Assembly: GCA_028223755.1 (NCBI GenBank)
Contig: JAOIUY010000009.1
Coordinates: 32,288 to 96,287, forward strand
Direction: 5' to 3'
Source of the DNA: Pseudomonadales bacterium
GTDB lineage: Bacteria; Pseudomonadota; Gammaproteobacteria; Pseudomonadales; UBA7434
DNA: 64,000 nt
The notes beneath the pieces are model-generated. The model saw nothing but the letters and a program-made list of their open reading frames with translations, was not told where the DNA came from and made no database searches. Position numbers and translations under genes: made by a program. Below are positions 10,052 through 21,384 of the stretch, in pieces. How positions within the stretch are numbered: the first letter of the stretch is position 1; the number at the start of each line of letters is the position of its first letter.

Positions 10052-11624
10052 TATGACCAGCGACTCATCAGCAGCGATGTTTTCATATCGACTTTCAGAA
10101 TTGCTAGCTGACTTGTTGGTTGAAAAGAGCTTATCTGACGATTGTGCTAATACAGTCGTGACGGGAATTGCGACGGATAGTCGTAAAGTGGTTGCGGGTG
10201 ATGTATTTATTGCGCTCAATGGTTTAACCGTTGATGGCCGTAACTTTATTGATGATGCTATTAAGCGTGGTGCTGTTGCAGTTTTGGCCGAAGCGGATGA
10301 GTCATTTTCGATTCGCAAGCAAGATGCCGTTTCGATTGTGAGTGTTCAGAATCTTTCCCAGCACCTCAGTGAAATTGCTGGTCGCTTTTATGGCAAGCCA
10401 ACAGAAAACTTTACAGTTATAGGTGTTACTGGCACTAATGGTAAAACCAGTTGTAGCCATTTGATTGCCAGTTTAGCCAATACGGTAGGTCAGCAAAGTG
10501 GTTTGGTGGGTACTTTGGGTTACGGTATTTACCAACAAGGCCGTCTTCAATTACAACAAACGGGCTTTACCACCCCGGATACCGTTCAGCTTCAAGCCTG
10601 CATGCAATCCTTGCATGCAGATAACTGCGATGTGGTTGCTATTGAGGTGTCTTCGCATGCCTTAGTTCAACATCGCGTTGACGCTATTCATTTTAATATT
10701 GCTGTACTGACAAATCTATCTCACGATCATCTCGACTTTCATGGCGATATGGCCAGCTATGGCGCAGCTAAGCGTCGCTTGTTTTCATTTGCGGGTATCG
10801 ACGCTGCGGTGATTAATGCCGATGATGAGTTTGGTCTGCGTTTAGCTGAAGAGTTGCGACCCAGTCAGCAAGTTTTTACTTATTCAATTCATCAGGATCA
10901 AGCTGATGTCTTTGCGCGCAATACCCGCTACTCACTCAATGCTATTAGTACTGAAGTGGTAAGCCCTTGGGGCGTGGCCGAGCTAACAATTCCTCTTATT
11001 GGTGATTTCAATCTAAGTAATGCATTAGCATCGTTAACAGCGATGCTTGCTGCGGGTGGTGACTTTAATGCATTAGTGGCAGCTTTTGCGAATGTTACGA
11101 CCGTGAAAGGGCGAATGGAAATTGTCAGCGACAGTACTAACGATAAAACCGTTGTTGTTGATTTTGCGCATACACCGCAGGCCTTGGAATTAGCGTTGTC
11201 CGCTTTAAGATCGCATGCCGAAGGACGACTATGGTGCGTCTTTGGTTGTGGTGGCGATCGTGACAATGATAAGCGAGCGACTATGGGTCGTATTGCAAAA
11301 GATTTTGCCGACAGCGTTGTGATTACTTCTGACAACCCGCGTAGTGAGCCAGCAGAACAAATTATTGATGACATATTACTTGGCATTGACGATATGCATG
11401 ATGTCAATATTGAGCCTGATCGTGCTGCCGCTATTGGCTTTGCGGTTCAGCAAGCAGAAAAAGGTGATTTAATTTTAGTTGCGGGCAAAGGCCATGAGCA
11501 ATTTCAAATTATTGGCGATTTAAAGCTGCCATTTAGTGATGCCGAAGTGGTTCAGCAATGTCTTTCTTCAACTGATTCTCATGCAGTGTCCCAGAGCGCT
11601 AAATCTGAGGGTCTTTCATCATGA
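10038..11624 (+). CDS. murE: UDP-N-acetylmuramoyl-L-alanyl-D-glutamate--2,6-diaminopimelate ligase
   Basis: Contains GVTGTNGKTS and the DNPR motif. The start could be ATG 10038 (overlapping ftsI) or ATG 10053. Confidence 0.94.
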   Translation: MEAFNMTSDSSAAMFSYRLSELLADLLVEKSLSDDCANTVVTGIATDSRKVVAGDVFIALNGLTVDGRNFIDDAIKRGAVAVLAEADESFSIRKQDAVSIVSVQNLSQHLSEIAGRFYGKPTENFTVIGVTGTNGKTSCSHLIASLANTVGQQSGLVGTLGYGIYQQGRLQLQQTGFTTPDTVQLQACMQSLHADNCDVVAIEVSSHALVQHRVDAIHFNIAVLTNLSHDHLDFHGDMASYGAAKRRLFSFAGIDAAVINADDEFGLRLAEELRPSQQVFTYSIHQDQADVFARNTRYSLNAISTEVVSPWGVAELTIPLIGDFNLSNALASLTAMLAAGGDFNALVAAFANVTTVKGRMEIVSDSTNDKTVVVDFAHTPQALELALSALRSHAEGRLWCVFGCGGDRDNDKRATMGRIAKDFADSVVITSDNPRSEPAEQIIDDILLGIDDMHDVNIEPDRAAAIGFAVQQAEKGDLILVAGKGHEQFQIIGDLKLPFSDAEVVQQCLSSTDSHAVSQSAKSEGLSS

Positions 11625-13081
11625 TGAAGGGCATCGATTTAACTATGTTGGCTGCGGCTAATAATGCCGAGTTGCATGGCGAGAACGCATTGGTGACAGG
11701 TGTTTGCATCGATAGTCGTGAAGTTAAAGATGGCGATCTATTTATTGCTTTAGCGGGTTCGCAATCGGATGGCCATCAGTATCTTGCAAAGGCAGCAGAG
11801 CAGGGCGCGATCGCTGCGGTTGTTGAGTCTGTTCAAGATCTTGCGCTACCACAAATCGTTGTCAGTGATTCTTTGCATGCCTTAGGTGTTATTGCGCAGC
11901 TTAATCGCAATGCCTTTCAAGGCAAGGTTATTGCTATTACAGGTAGTTCAGGCAAGACCAGCTGTAAAAATATGTTAGCGGCTATTCTTGATCAGGTTGG
12001 CAATGTTTGCGCCACGCATAGCAATTTTAATAATGAGATTGGTTTGCCATTGACCGTACAGCGTCTTAACGAAAGTCACGATTATGCTGTGTTGGAAATG
12101 GGTGCGGCGAAATCAGGTGATATCGATTACTTAGTGGGCATTGGTCAGCCGCATATCAGTGCTATTACCAATGTTAATGAAGCGCACATAGGTGGCTTTG
12201 GTAGTATCGAAAATACAGCAAAAACGAAAGCCGAAATTTATGCGAGCTTACCCGCTGATGGTTGGGCCATTATCAATCGAGATGATGTCTTTGCCAGTGA
12301 TTGGCGCGATAGCCTATCAGTACAAGCGGCAAAAGGTCAGTTGATTGAGTGTGCTTTAACGGATAGCTACGCGAATATCTATGCCAGTGCTATCGAGCAA
12401 GACGAAAATGGTTTGCATTTCAATGCTCACTTACGTCTTGCTGATTCGGAAAGTCAGTTAGCCATTACGATGAATTTTTTAGGTACGCATAATGTTCGTA
12501 ACGCATTAATGGCTATTGCTATTGCTAAGGCGTTGAACGTTAGTGATATAGCGATTACGCAAGGTCTAGCCAGTGTTGCGCCAGAAAAAGGGCGGTTATG
12601 TTGTTTAGCCGGTCGTAACGATTTGCAGCTATTGGATGACAGTTATAACGCTAACCCGCAGTCGATGTATGCAGCTATTGATGTATTGATGTCGGTGGGT
12701 GAGCAAGCGGAAAACAGTATTGCAGTGTTAGGCGATATGGCTGAGTTGGGTGATGACGCAGCAGCGATGCATTTTAATGTCGGTCAGTATGCGGCGCTTG
12801 CTGGCGTTAATCGTCTTTATGCTATTGGAGAGTTTGCCGCTCAAGTCTTGGCAGGCTTTGGTCCGCAAGCAAGTAATGATAGCGAAGTGAATCATTCTAC
12901 CGACTCTGTCGGTCAGCTGTTTACCAGTCAAGATGATTTAATTACTCAGTTGCTTTCTAGTGACTGTGAATCATCAGTTGTGTTGGTTAAAGGCTCTCGA
13001 AGTGCTGCTATGGATAATGTTGTATCAGCGTTGAATGCAAATAATAGTTCTAATGATTTAGCGCAAGCAGGGGCGAAGTAA
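11621..13081 (+). CDS. murF: UDP-N-acetylmuramoyl-tripeptide--D-alanyl-D-alanine ligase
   Basis: 486 aa. Contains [17 protein letters not shown] overlap with the murE stop. Confidence 0.94.
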   Translation: MMKGIDLTMLAAANNAELHGENALVTGVCIDSREVKDGDLFIALAGSQSDGHQYLAKAAEQGAIAAVVESVQDLALPQIVVSDSLHALGVIAQLNRNAFQGKVIAITGSSGKTSCKNMLAAILDQVGNVCATHSNFNNEIGLPLTVQRLNESHDYAVLEMGAAKSGDIDYLVGIGQPHISAITNVNEAHIGGFGSIENTAKTKAEIYASLPADGWAIINRDDVFASDWRDSLSVQAAKGQLIECALTDSYANIYASAIEQDENGLHFNAHLRLADSESQLAITMNFLGTHNVRNALMAIAIAKALNVSDIAITQGLASVAPEKGRLCCLAGRNDLQLLDDSYNANPQSMYAAIDVLMSVGEQAENSIAVLGDMAELGDDAAAMHFNVGQYAALAGVNRLYAIGEFAAQVLAGFGPQASNDSEVNHSTDSVGQLFTSQDDLITQLLSSDCESSVVLVKGSRSAAMDNVVSALNANNSSNDLAQAGAK

Positions 13082-13086
13082 ACGGT

Positions 13087-14169
13087 ATGCTGATTTTACT
13101 ATCTGAATATTTACAGCAATATATTAGTGCCTTTGCCGTTTTTCAGTATTTAACATTGCGCGGTATTTTAAGCGTGATGACGGCCGTTATTATTTCTTTA
13201 ATGGTAGGGCCTTGGGTTATCCGTAAATTAAATTATCACCAAGTTGGCCAAAGTATTCGTGATGATGGGCCACAAACGCATCTTGTTAAAGCGGGTACGC
13301 CGACGATGGGTGGCGCGCTTATTTTACTGAGTATTTTAATTAGTACAGTGCTTTGGTCTGATTTGAGTAATCGCTATATTCAAGCAGTATTAGCTGTGAC
13401 GGTGATGTTTGGTGCGATAGGTTGGGTTGATGATTATCGCAAGGTGATTGAGAAAAATTCAAAAGGCCTAGCAGCAAAGTGGAAGTACTTTTGGCAGTCA
13501 GTTTCCGCTATTGCAGTTGTCTCTGCGCTGTATTTTACGTCGACGATTCCTGCTGAAACACAATTGATTGTGCCTTTTTTCAAAGACTTTATGTTTGATC
13601 TTGGCTGGCTTTATTTAGTGTTGGGCTACTTAGTGATAGTGGGTTCGAGTAACGCGGTGAATCTAACGGATGGGCTTGATGGTTTAGCTATTCTTCCCAC
13701 GGTTCTTGTCGGTTCTGCGCTAGGCATTATTGCTTATCTGGCTGGCCACGCTGAGTTTTCTCGTTATTTACAAATCCCTTATATACCCGGTGCCGGCGAA
13801 TTAGTTATCTATTGCGGTGCATTGGGCGGAGCGGGCCTTGGGTTTCTTTGGTTTAACACTTATCCAGCGCAAGTGTTTATGGGTGATGTTGGCGCATTGG
13901 CACTAGGTGCTGCGCTTGGTGCCATTGCCTTAATCACTCGACACGAAATTGTATTTTTTATTATGGCCGGTATTTTTGTTGCCGAGACAATGTCGGTTAT
14001 TTTACAGGTGGCCTCTTTTAAATTAAGAGGTAAGCGCATATTTATGATGGCGCCACTGCACCATCACTTTGAATTGAAAGGTTGGCCCGAGCCACGTGTG
14101 ATTGTTCGTTTTTGGATTATCACTGTGATGTTAGTTTTGTTTGGTCTTGCAACGCTAAAACTTCGATAG
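13087..14169 (+). CDS. mraY: Phospho-N-acetylmuramoyl-pentapeptide transferase
   Basis: 360 aa polytopic membrane protein. Contains [13 protein letters not shown] and [11 protein letters not shown]. Confidence 0.96.
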   Translation: MLILLSEYLQQYISAFAVFQYLTLRGILSVMTAVIISLMVGPWVIRKLNYHQVGQSIRDDGPQTHLVKAGTPTMGGALILLSILISTVLWSDLSNRYIQAVLAVTVMFGAIGWVDDYRKVIEKNSKGLAAKWKYFWQSVSAIAVVSALYFTSTIPAETQLIVPFFKDFMFDLGWLYLVLGYLVIVGSSNAVNLTDGLDGLAILPTVLVGSALGIIAYLAGHAEFSRYLQIPYIPGAGELVIYCGALGGAGLGFLWFNTYPAQVFMGDVGALALGAALGAIALITRHEIVFFIMAGIFVAETMSVILQVASFKLRGKRIFMMAPLHHHFELKGWPEPRVIVRFWIITVMLVLFGLATLKLR

Positions 14170-14254
14170 CTTATTGATAGCTTAACGATAAGTTAGCGAT
14201 AAATTAAATAGTTGATTGATAAAGATAGAGTGAAAAAAAGTAGAGTGAAAAAAG
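14165..14254 (+). repeat. Two short tandem-repeat families filling the mraY-murD spacer
   Basis: Four 11-bp units, GATAGCTTATT / GATAGCTTAAC / GATAAGTTAGC / GATAAATTAAA (14165-14208). Then TAGAGTGAAAAAAAG / TAGAGTGAAAAAAG (14226-14254). The first unit contains the mraY stop codon. Confidence 0.8.
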
Positions 14255-14261
14255 AAACTTA

Positions 14262-15632
14262 ATGAATTTAATCCAAACAGATAAAAGACGTTTAATTGTG
14301 GGGCTGGGTGTAACCGGCAAATCCTGCATACGTTATTTTCTGCGCATGGGTTTATCATTTAGCGTGCTCGACACTCGTGAAAATCCACCTGAAATGCAGG
14401 CTGTGGCGCAAGAATTCCCGCAAGTCGATATTCATTTAGGTAAAAGTCATACGGCATTGGTTGATGAGGCCGATGAAATTTATCTAAGCCCTGGTATTGC
14501 AATAGATGACCCATTATTAACTGAAGCTGTTTCGCGCGGGGCTTTAGTGACCGGCGATATTGATTTGTTTGCACAGCAAGCTACAGCACCAGTGATTGCT
14601 ATTAGTGGCTCTAATGCAAAAAGTACAGTCACCACCTTAGTCGGTGAAATGGCAAAGTGTGCAAACATCACTGCGGGTGTGGGCGGTAACTTGGGTGAGC
14701 CTGCATTGGATCTATTGTCATCAGATTGTGAAGCCTATGTGCTCGAGTTATCGAGTTTTCAATTAGAGCGTTGCGCTGACTTAAAACCTCAGGTTGCCTG
14801 CTTACTCAATATCAGTGCTGACCATATGGATAGGCATCAAACTATGATGACTTATCATCAAGCCAAGCAGCGTGTTTATCGCGGTGCAAAGCATATTATT
14901 TTTAATCGTCATGATAGTTTGACGGCGCCGTTAAAAACGGTTGATGTATCAGTGAAAAGTTTTGGTTTAGATGCGCCAGATTTAGGACACTACGGTGTTA
15001 GAGAAATAGAGGGCCAGCGTTATTTGGTTAAGGGCTTCGAGCCTTTGATGGCGGTTTCTGATATTCCTTTAGTTGGCGACCATCACATTTTAAATACCTT
15101 AGCGGCATTGGCGATTGGCGAAGCGGCAGGTTTTGCATTACCTGCTATGCAGATGGCTGTTAAGCAATTTAAGGGTTTGCCGCATCGCTGTGAATTTGTC
15201 GCCGATATTGATGGTGTGGATTATATTAATGATTCCAAGGCAACGAATGTCGGCGCAACCGTTGCAGCGCTCAAAGGTTTGTCGGGTTCAACCGCGGGCC
15301 ATATTGTTTTAATTGCGGGCGGTCAGACTAAAGGTGCTGATTTCTCGGCATTAATCTCTGCGTTAAAACCATTGCAGTGCAAGCTGGTTTTGCTGGGTGA
15401 GGGTGCTGCCCAAATTGAATCGTTAGTTACTGGGCAGATTGAAGTGTTTCGCGTTGATAGCCTAGAGCAAGCCGTGAGTGTTGCCCAGGCAAATAGCCAA
15501 AGTGGAGATAGAGTGCTTTTATCCCCAGCTTGCGCGAGCTTTGATATGTTTGATGGCTTTGAGCAGCGCGGCGATATTTTTAAAACCGCAGTGAATCATT
15601 TATTGCTTAGCGATCAGGGAGTGAAGCACTAA
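14262..15632 (+). CDS. murD: UDP-N-acetylmuramoylalanine--D-glutamate ligase
   Basis: 456 aa. Contains GLGVTGKS and ISGSNAKSTVT. Confidence 0.94.
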   Translation: MNLIQTDKRRLIVGLGVTGKSCIRYFLRMGLSFSVLDTRENPPEMQAVAQEFPQVDIHLGKSHTALVDEADEIYLSPGIAIDDPLLTEAVSRGALVTGDIDLFAQQATAPVIAISGSNAKSTVTTLVGEMAKCANITAGVGGNLGEPALDLLSSDCEAYVLELSSFQLERCADLKPQVACLLNISADHMDRHQTMMTYHQAKQRVYRGAKHIIFNRHDSLTAPLKTVDVSVKSFGLDAPDLGHYGVREIEGQRYLVKGFEPLMAVSDIPLVGDHHILNTLAALAIGEAAGFALPAMQMAVKQFKGLPHRCEFVADIDGVDYINDSKATNVGATVAALKGLSGSTAGHIVLIAGGQTKGADFSALISALKPLQCKLVLLGEGAAQIESLVTGQIEVFRVDSLEQAVSVAQANSQSGDRVLLSPACASFDMFDGFEQRGDIFKTAVNHLLLSDQGVKH

Positions 15633-16888
15633 TGGCTCGCTTATCATCGCTACAGCAGTCTTCTTTAAGTGCGAAATTTCCGACGATGGATTTTGTATTG
15701 CTAGGCAGTGTTTGCGCTTTGTTGGCGCTCGGCTTAGTTATGATCTGCTCAGCATCGATGGATTATGCCAGTGGACGATATGGCGATGCCTTATTTCATG
15801 CGCGTCGTCATTTAATTTATATGGTTATTGCCTGTGTTGCATCAGTGATTGCATTTAAAATTCCACTTGCGATTTGGGAGAAGAGTGGACCTTATTTGTT
15901 GTTAGCGAGTTTTGTTATTCTTATTTTGATTTTAATTCCTGGCTTTGGTCGCACAGCAAACGGTGCGACACGATGGTTGGCGCTTGGGCCGTTTACTCTG
16001 CAAGGTTCTGAAGTGGCTAAGCTCGGTGTCATTGTTTATCTAGGTAATTATTTAGTTCGCCAGCATGAGTTAGTAAGAAGTCATTGGTTAGGCTTTCTTA
16101 ATCCGCTGTTTATTATGTCAGCCTTAGTCATCTTGCTATTAATGGAGCCTGACTTTGGCGCGGTTGTTGTCTTGTCAGGCGCAGCACTGGGTATGTTGTT
16201 TCTAGGTGGCGTTCTTATCTGGCAATTTTTAATTCTATCGACTGCGATTGCGATTGTAGGATTTTTTGTTGTCAGCTCCTCACCTTATCGTATGCAGCGT
16301 CTCTATGCTTACCTTGATCCATGGGCGGATCAATTTGGCGAGGGTTATCAATTAACCCAATCGTTAATTGCCTTTGGCCGAGGGGATTGGTTTGGGCTTG
16401 GTTTAGGTAATAGCATCCAAAAATTGTTTTATTTGCCTGAAGCGCATACCGATTTTATTTTTGCCATCATGGCAGAAGAGCTAGGCTTTATTGGCTGCCT
16501 TGTTGCATTGCTGATCTATGTTGTTTTTATCGGCAGAATTTTAGTCATTGCAAGAAAAGCAGAGTCTATGGGTAAGGCGTTTGGTGCCTATGTGGCTTAT
16601 GGCGTGTCGTTGGTTTTTTCTGCGCAGCTTATTATTAATGTCAGCGTAAATATTGGTTTACTGCCCACTAAAGGTTTGACCTTGCCATTTTTGAGTTACG
16701 GCGGTAGTAGTTTATTAATTAGCTGCGTACTTGTTGCTTTAATACTGCGTATTCATCGCGAGTTAATGTTTGAAGAGCAAGACTCTTCAGTTAAGAAATA
16801 CGGTGTTCGTGGTACGCGTGATCTATTAACGGATCTTCGCTCTCCTGTGAAGCGTTCTAAGCGAGCGATGGGGGCGGTTCATGCATAA
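15632..16888 (+). CDS. ftsW: SEDS-family peptidoglycan polymerase FtsW
   Basis: 418 aa, about 10 TM helices. Contains LPEAHTDFIF and LPFLSYGGSSLL. Confidence 0.94.
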   Translation: MARLSSLQQSSLSAKFPTMDFVLLGSVCALLALGLVMICSASMDYASGRYGDALFHARRHLIYMVIACVASVIAFKIPLAIWEKSGPYLLLASFVILILILIPGFGRTANGATRWLALGPFTLQGSEVAKLGVIVYLGNYLVRQHELVRSHWLGFLNPLFIMSALVILLLMEPDFGAVVVLSGAALGMLFLGGVLIWQFLILSTAIAIVGFFVVSSSPYRMQRLYAYLDPWADQFGEGYQLTQSLIAFGRGDWFGLGLGNSIQKLFYLPEAHTDFIFAIMAEELGFIGCLVALLIYVVFIGRILVIARKAESMGKAFGAYVAYGVSLVFSAQLIINVSVNIGLLPTKGLTLPFLSYGGSSLLISCVLVALILRIHRELMFEEQDSSVKKYGVRGTRDLLTDLRSPVKRSKRAMGAVHA

Positions 16889-18011
16889 CAATAGCGATCA
16901 GAACTCGCACTCTCACTCGCAGCGTAAAACAGTAATGATCGCTGCTGGCGGAACGGGCGGGCACGTCTTTCCTGCGTTAGCCGTCGCTCAAGGTTTGCGT
17001 GCAATTGATTTAGATGTTGTTTGGTTAGGAACGCGAAAAGGTATTGAGTCTAAAGTCGTACCAGAGAATCAGTTTGTTATTCACTATATTAATGTCGCTG
17101 GTGTCCGAGGTAAAAATTTATTGTCTTGGATTAAAGCGCCTATTTTATTGTTGGCGGCAGTTATTAGCACTATGGTTCTGATTCGTAAGACTAAGCCTTG
17201 CTGTGTGTTGGGCATGGGTGGTTTTGCTTCAGCTGCTGCCGGCTTCGCTGCGTTCCTTTGTCGTGTGCCGCTCATTTTGCAAGAGCAAAATTCAATTCCT
17301 GGTTCGACAAACAAACTGTTAGCACCGTTAGCGAATAAAATTTTTACTGGTTTCCCTGAGGCGTTTAAAACAAATGCTAAAGCCATTTTTTCTGGTAACC
17401 CATTGCGCTCGGCACTTTATCAAATTGCAGCACCTAGTGAGCGAATAGCTCTAGATGCATCGCCTTTACGTTTATTGATTCTAGGCGGCAGTCTCGGTGC
17501 GCACGCACTTAATCATGTGTTGCCATTGGCATTGGCGCAGTTGTGTCGTGATGATAGTGTTTTTAATGGCTTAGTTGTTGTTCATCAAACTGGAGCAACA
17601 GATGCTGATGAAGTTCAACGTCAGTATAAGCTTGCTGGAATTAATGCGGCTGTCAGTGCTTTTATCACCGATATGTCTCAAGCCTATAGTAATGCGGATT
17701 TGGTGATTGCACGCTCGGGAGCTTTAACGGTAACCGAATTATCGGCCGCTGGTGTTGCTTCATTATTAATTCCTTATCCTTATGCAACCGATGACCATCA
17801 AACAGCTAATGCTAATTGGTTGGTTGATGCGGGTGCTGCGACGTTAGTACCACAGGAAAATCTGTCTGTTGAAAATGCTTGCAGCTTATTAAAAACATTG
17901 ATGCAAGATCGAAGTGCTTTGTTGCATCAAGCGCAACAGGCACGATCGCTTGCCACTCCTTCTGCCACGCAGATAATTGTTAATGCTTGTCAGGAGTATT
18001 CTTATGTCTAG
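16881..18011 (+). CDS. murG: UDP-N-acetylglucosamine--N-acetylmuramyl-(pentapeptide) pyrophosphoryl-undecaprenol GlcNAc transferase
   Basis: 376 aa. Contains [15 protein letters not shown]. Position between ftsW and murC. Confidence 0.94.
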   Translation: MHNNSDQNSHSHSQRKTVMIAAGGTGGHVFPALAVAQGLRAIDLDVVWLGTRKGIESKVVPENQFVIHYINVAGVRGKNLLSWIKAPILLLAAVISTMVLIRKTKPCCVLGMGGFASAAAGFAAFLCRVPLILQEQNSIPGSTNKLLAPLANKIFTGFPEAFKTNAKAIFSGNPLRSALYQIAAPSERIALDASPLRLLILGGSLGAHALNHVLPLALAQLCRDDSVFNGLVVVHQTGATDADEVQRQYKLAGINAAVSAFITDMSQAYSNADLVIARSGALTVTELSAAGVASLLIPYPYATDDHQTANANWLVDAGAATLVPQENLSVENACSLLKTLMQDRSALLHQAQQARSLATPSATQIIVNACQEYSYV

Positions 18012-19434
18012 TAGTACTTTCTTTGTTCCTGAAATGCGCCGTATAGAGCAAATCCATTTTGTTGGTATTGGTGGTGCTGGTATGTGCGGTATCGCTGAGG
18101 TGTTATTGAACCAAGGTTACCGTGTCAGTGGTTCTGATGTGCAGGCTTCGCGCACCACGCAACGCTTGGCTGAGCTAGGTGTTGAAATATTTATTGGTCA
18201 TTCGATAGAGAATATTAAAGCAGCAAATGTTGTCGTGGTATCGACGGCGATTAGTGAAACGAATGTTGAGTTATGTGCGGCTAAGGATGCGCATTTACCG
18301 ATTGTGCCACGTGCCGAAATGCTAGCTGAGTTAATGCGCTACCGTCATGGTATTGCCGTAGCAGGTACGCATGGTAAGACAACAACAACAAGTCTTATTG
18401 CTTCTATTTTTGGTGAAGCAGGATTAGGCCCTACATTTGTTATTGGCGGTTTATTAAATAGTGCTAACGCCAATGCGCAGTTAGGCAATGGTCGCTATTT
18501 AATTGCCGAAGCCGATGAAAGTGATGCATCGTTTTTACATCTGCAGCCAATGGTTTCTGTTGTTACCAATATTGATGCCGATCATATGTCTACTTACGGC
18601 GGTGATTTTTCTAAGTTGACAGCAACCTTTGTCGATTTTGTTCATAACCTACCTTTTTATGGCTTGGTAGTGGTTTGTATTGATGATGAGAATATTAAAA
18701 ATTTGTTGGCGGATTTTCATCGTCCAGTGATCACTTACGGTTTTGATGCTGAGGCAGATTATCGAATCAGTGATTATCACTGCGAAGGTCTAAAAGCCCA
18801 TTTCTTAGTGCACTTCAAAGAGGCTGAAGGCCCGGTGCAAGTGACATTGAATACACCAGGCGTTCATAACGCTTTAAATGCAACAGCAGCCTTTGCGGTA
18901 GCGTTAGATGAAGAGATAGAGCAAAGCGTTATTTTAAAAGCTTTAGATAATTTTAAAGGTGTAGGTCGACGTTTTGAAGTCGCCGGTCAACTAGCTATTC
19001 GTCAAGGTGAAGTGACATTGGTTGATGATTATGGTCATCACCCAACCGAAGTGGCGGCCACTATTGCTGCTGCTCGTGAAAGCTGGCCCGACAAGCGTTT
19101 AGTCATGATTTATCAGCCGCATCGCTATAGTCGAACGCATGACCTTTATGACGATTTTGTTCGTGTGTTATCGACGGTTGATGTGCTGGTCTTATTAGAT
19201 GTCTATGCAGCTGGCGAAGAGATTATTGCCGGTGCTGACAGTCGTAGTTTGTCGGGCAGTATTCGACAGCGCGGCAAAGTTGACCCTCTTTATGTTGAGG
19301 GCCGCACAGAATTATTTGATATGCTCGAGGGTTTGCTCGAGGCCAATGACATTCTAATCACTCAGGGTGCGGGTGATGTTGGTAAGTTATCGAAAGAAAT
19401 TACTAGTTATCAATTTTTGCCAAAAACAGTTTAG
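18004..19434 (+). CDS. murC: UDP-N-acetylmuramate--L-alanine ligase
   Basis: Track ORF starts at 17977. The ATG at 18004 ([27 protein letters not shown]) overlaps the murG stop and gives the usual N-terminus. Contains [11 protein letters not shown]. Confidence 0.94.
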   Translation: MSSSTFFVPEMRRIEQIHFVGIGGAGMCGIAEVLLNQGYRVSGSDVQASRTTQRLAELGVEIFIGHSIENIKAANVVVVSTAISETNVELCAAKDAHLPIVPRAEMLAELMRYRHGIAVAGTHGKTTTTSLIASIFGEAGLGPTFVIGGLLNSANANAQLGNGRYLIAEADESDASFLHLQPMVSVVTNIDADHMSTYGGDFSKLTATFVDFVHNLPFYGLVVVCIDDENIKNLLADFHRPVITYGFDAEADYRISDYHCEGLKAHFLVHFKEAEGPVQVTLNTPGVHNALNATAAFAVALDEEIEQSVILKALDNFKGVGRRFEVAGQLAIRQGEVTLVDDYGHHPTEVAATIAAARESWPDKRLVMIYQPHRYSRTHDLYDDFVRVLSTVDVLVLLDVYAAGEEIIAGADSRSLSGSIRQRGKVDPLYVEGRTELFDMLEGLLEANDILITQGAGDVGKLSKEITSYQFLPKTV

Positions 19435-19446
19435 AGAAAGCGATTA

Positions 19447-20418
19447 ATGGAAACAGTATCTTCTAACAATACGTCTGCAAATAACTCGGTTGATATGTCA
19501 AATATCAATGGCCGAGTAGCAGTATTGATGGGTGGTAATGCTGCAGAGCGCGATGTTTCGTTGGATAGCGGTAGTGCTGTGGTCGCCAGCTTACAGGCAA
19601 TGAATGTAGATGTTGTTGCTATTGATACAGCAGAGAATGTAGTTGATGCATTGCAAACACTTAGCCCCGATTTTGCCTTTATTGCTTTACACGGCAAGGG
19701 TGGCGAAGACGGGACTATGCAAGCACTTTTAGAAAATCTAACAATACCTTATAGCGGTAGTGGGGTGTTAGGTTCAGCGTTGGCAATGGATAAAGTGCGC
19801 TCTAAAAATTTATGGCGTGGCTTGTCATTGCCGACACCGGCTTTTGCTTGTTTGGACGACAATACTGATTTTGAAGCAGTGCTTGCAATGCTTGGTGGGA
19901 CAGCTTTTGTCAAACCGGCAGATGAAGGTTCAAGTATTGGTATGTCATTAGTTCAAACAGCTAATGAGCTCAAGGCGGCTTATCAAAATACGGCTGAGCT
20001 TGGTGTGACTATTTTCGCCGAGCAATGGATTGATGGTCCGGAATATACGGTAACAATTCTCGAAGGGCATGAATTGCCATCGATTCGTATTGCAACAAAG
20101 CGAGCATTTTATAACTACGAAGCAAAGTATCAGGATGATGATACAGAGTTTTTTGTCCCAAGCGGTTTAGATCATAAAGATGAAGCGTTATTACAGCAGC
20201 TGGCAAGAGAGGCTTTTTATTCACTGGGTTGTAGCCAGTGGGGTCGCGTTGATTTTATGCGAGATAAAAATAGCGGACAGTTTTATTTGCTTGAAGCGAA
20301 CACAGTGCCTGGATTAACTAACCATAGCTTGGTGCCAATGGCAGCGGCGGCGGCAGGCCTTAATTTTAATGCGCTTATTGCAAACATTATTCATTTATCG
20401 ATTGCGGCAGAGTCATAG
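19447..20418 (+). CDS. ddlB: D-alanine--D-alanine ligase
   Basis: 323 aa ATP-grasp enzyme. Contains ALHGKGGEDGTMQ and LLEANTVPGLT. Confidence 0.94.
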   Translation: METVSSNNTSANNSVDMSNINGRVAVLMGGNAAERDVSLDSGSAVVASLQAMNVDVVAIDTAENVVDALQTLSPDFAFIALHGKGGEDGTMQALLENLTIPYSGSGVLGSALAMDKVRSKNLWRGLSLPTPAFACLDDNTDFEAVLAMLGGTAFVKPADEGSSIGMSLVQTANELKAAYQNTAELGVTIFAEQWIDGPEYTVTILEGHELPSIRIATKRAFYNYEAKYQDDDTEFFVPSGLDHKDEALLQQLAREAFYSLGCSQWGRVDFMRDKNSGQFYLLEANTVPGLTNHSLVPMAAAAAGLNFNALIANIIHLSIAAES

Positions 20419-20423
20419 TGGTG

Positions 20424-21338
20424 ATGAATTTTAATACTCAAATGGCTGTTAGTGCCAAGAGAGCTGCCAAGCGAGGTGTCAGTCGCAAGGGTGCTACGCG
20501 TTTGGGTAATAAAGGTAACAAAGGTAATAAAGCCAATAGACGTAATACATGGTTGGTTTGGTTTAAGCGCGTAGCGTTAATGATGACGTTATCAGGAATG
20601 ACATTTTCTATTGTTGTTGCTGTGGGTCAACTAAGAGCAGTGCCGGTAGGCGAATTGATTTTAACCGGTTATACCGGCGGTGATGTCAGTGATCAATCTA
20701 TCGGCGCTAGTAAAAATGAATTGTTAGCGTTATTAGAGCAAGAGCTTGATCAAGGTTTTTGGCAAGTTGATTTGTTACAGCTTAAGGCGAGTCTGGAGAG
20801 TCATGCTTGGGTGCGCCAAGCGGTTATTCGTCGACAGTGGCCGAACCAATTAGTTATTGGCATCGATGAGTATGTTGCTGTAGCAAGGTGGAATGATAGC
20901 TATTTATTGTCGGCGACGGGTGATGTTTTTTTGCCTTCGCAAACAGCAGTGTTTTCTCATTTACCTTTGTTGAAAGTTAAGTTGATTGATGTTGAGCAAC
21001 AACAGAGCCCAACACGCGAAACTATTCAGCAGGCAGTCACTTGGTTTAATCAATTTCAAAAACCACTGACTGACTATGGTTTATCAGTGGTAGAGCAGAC
21101 TCAGTCGCTTGAGGGTGATTTTTCTCTCGTGTTGAGTAACGGTTTAATACTGGTGTTAGGTGCGGATCAAGTTGTCGATCGATTTGATCGTTTCCTAACA
21201 TTATTGGATGGTCGTTTAATGAGTGAGTTAGACGATATTAAAGTTGTAGATTTACGTTATGTAAATGGCTTATCGGTTCGCTGGCGCGATTCGATAGAGT
21301 TAGCCCAAGTTGAAGTTACTTCATCATTATTAAGATAA
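20424..21338 (+). CDS. ftsQ: Cell division protein FtsQ
   Basis: Three in-frame starts are possible: GTG 20418, GTG 20421 and ATG 20424. The protein has a basic cytoplasmic N-terminus, one TM helix and a POTRA-like segment (VDLLQLKASLESHAWVRQAVIRRQWPNQLVI). Position between ddl and ftsA. Confidence 0.88.
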   Translation: MNFNTQMAVSAKRAAKRGVSRKGATRLGNKGNKGNKANRRNTWLVWFKRVALMMTLSGMTFSIVVAVGQLRAVPVGELILTGYTGGDVSDQSIGASKNELLALLEQELDQGFWQVDLLQLKASLESHAWVRQAVIRRQWPNQLVIGIDEYVAVARWNDSYLLSATGDVFLPSQTAVFSHLPLLKVKLIDVEQQQSPTRETIQQAVTWFNQFQKPLTDYGLSVVEQTQSLEGDFSLVLSNGLILVLGADQVVDRFDRFLTLLDGRLMSELDDIKVVDLRYVNGLSVRWRDSIELAQVEVTSSLLR

Positions 21339-21384
21339 GTGTTTAAGGCGAAAGAAATGCGTTTTAAAAACCGGAGAGTAAAAA

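Noticed and set aside
9926-11407. Antisense ORFs inside murE/ftsI (130 aa at 9926-10318 and 159 aa at 10928-11407). The same kind occurs elsewhere: 148 aa inside ftsZ at 22942-23388, 131 aa inside ribF at 36550-36945, 180 aa inside clpB at 54763-55305.
   Set aside because: All lie fully within strongly supported conserved genes on the opposite strand. They have low-complexity Ser/Ala/Pro/Arg-rich translations typical of shadow frames, and lack starts with SD sequences.
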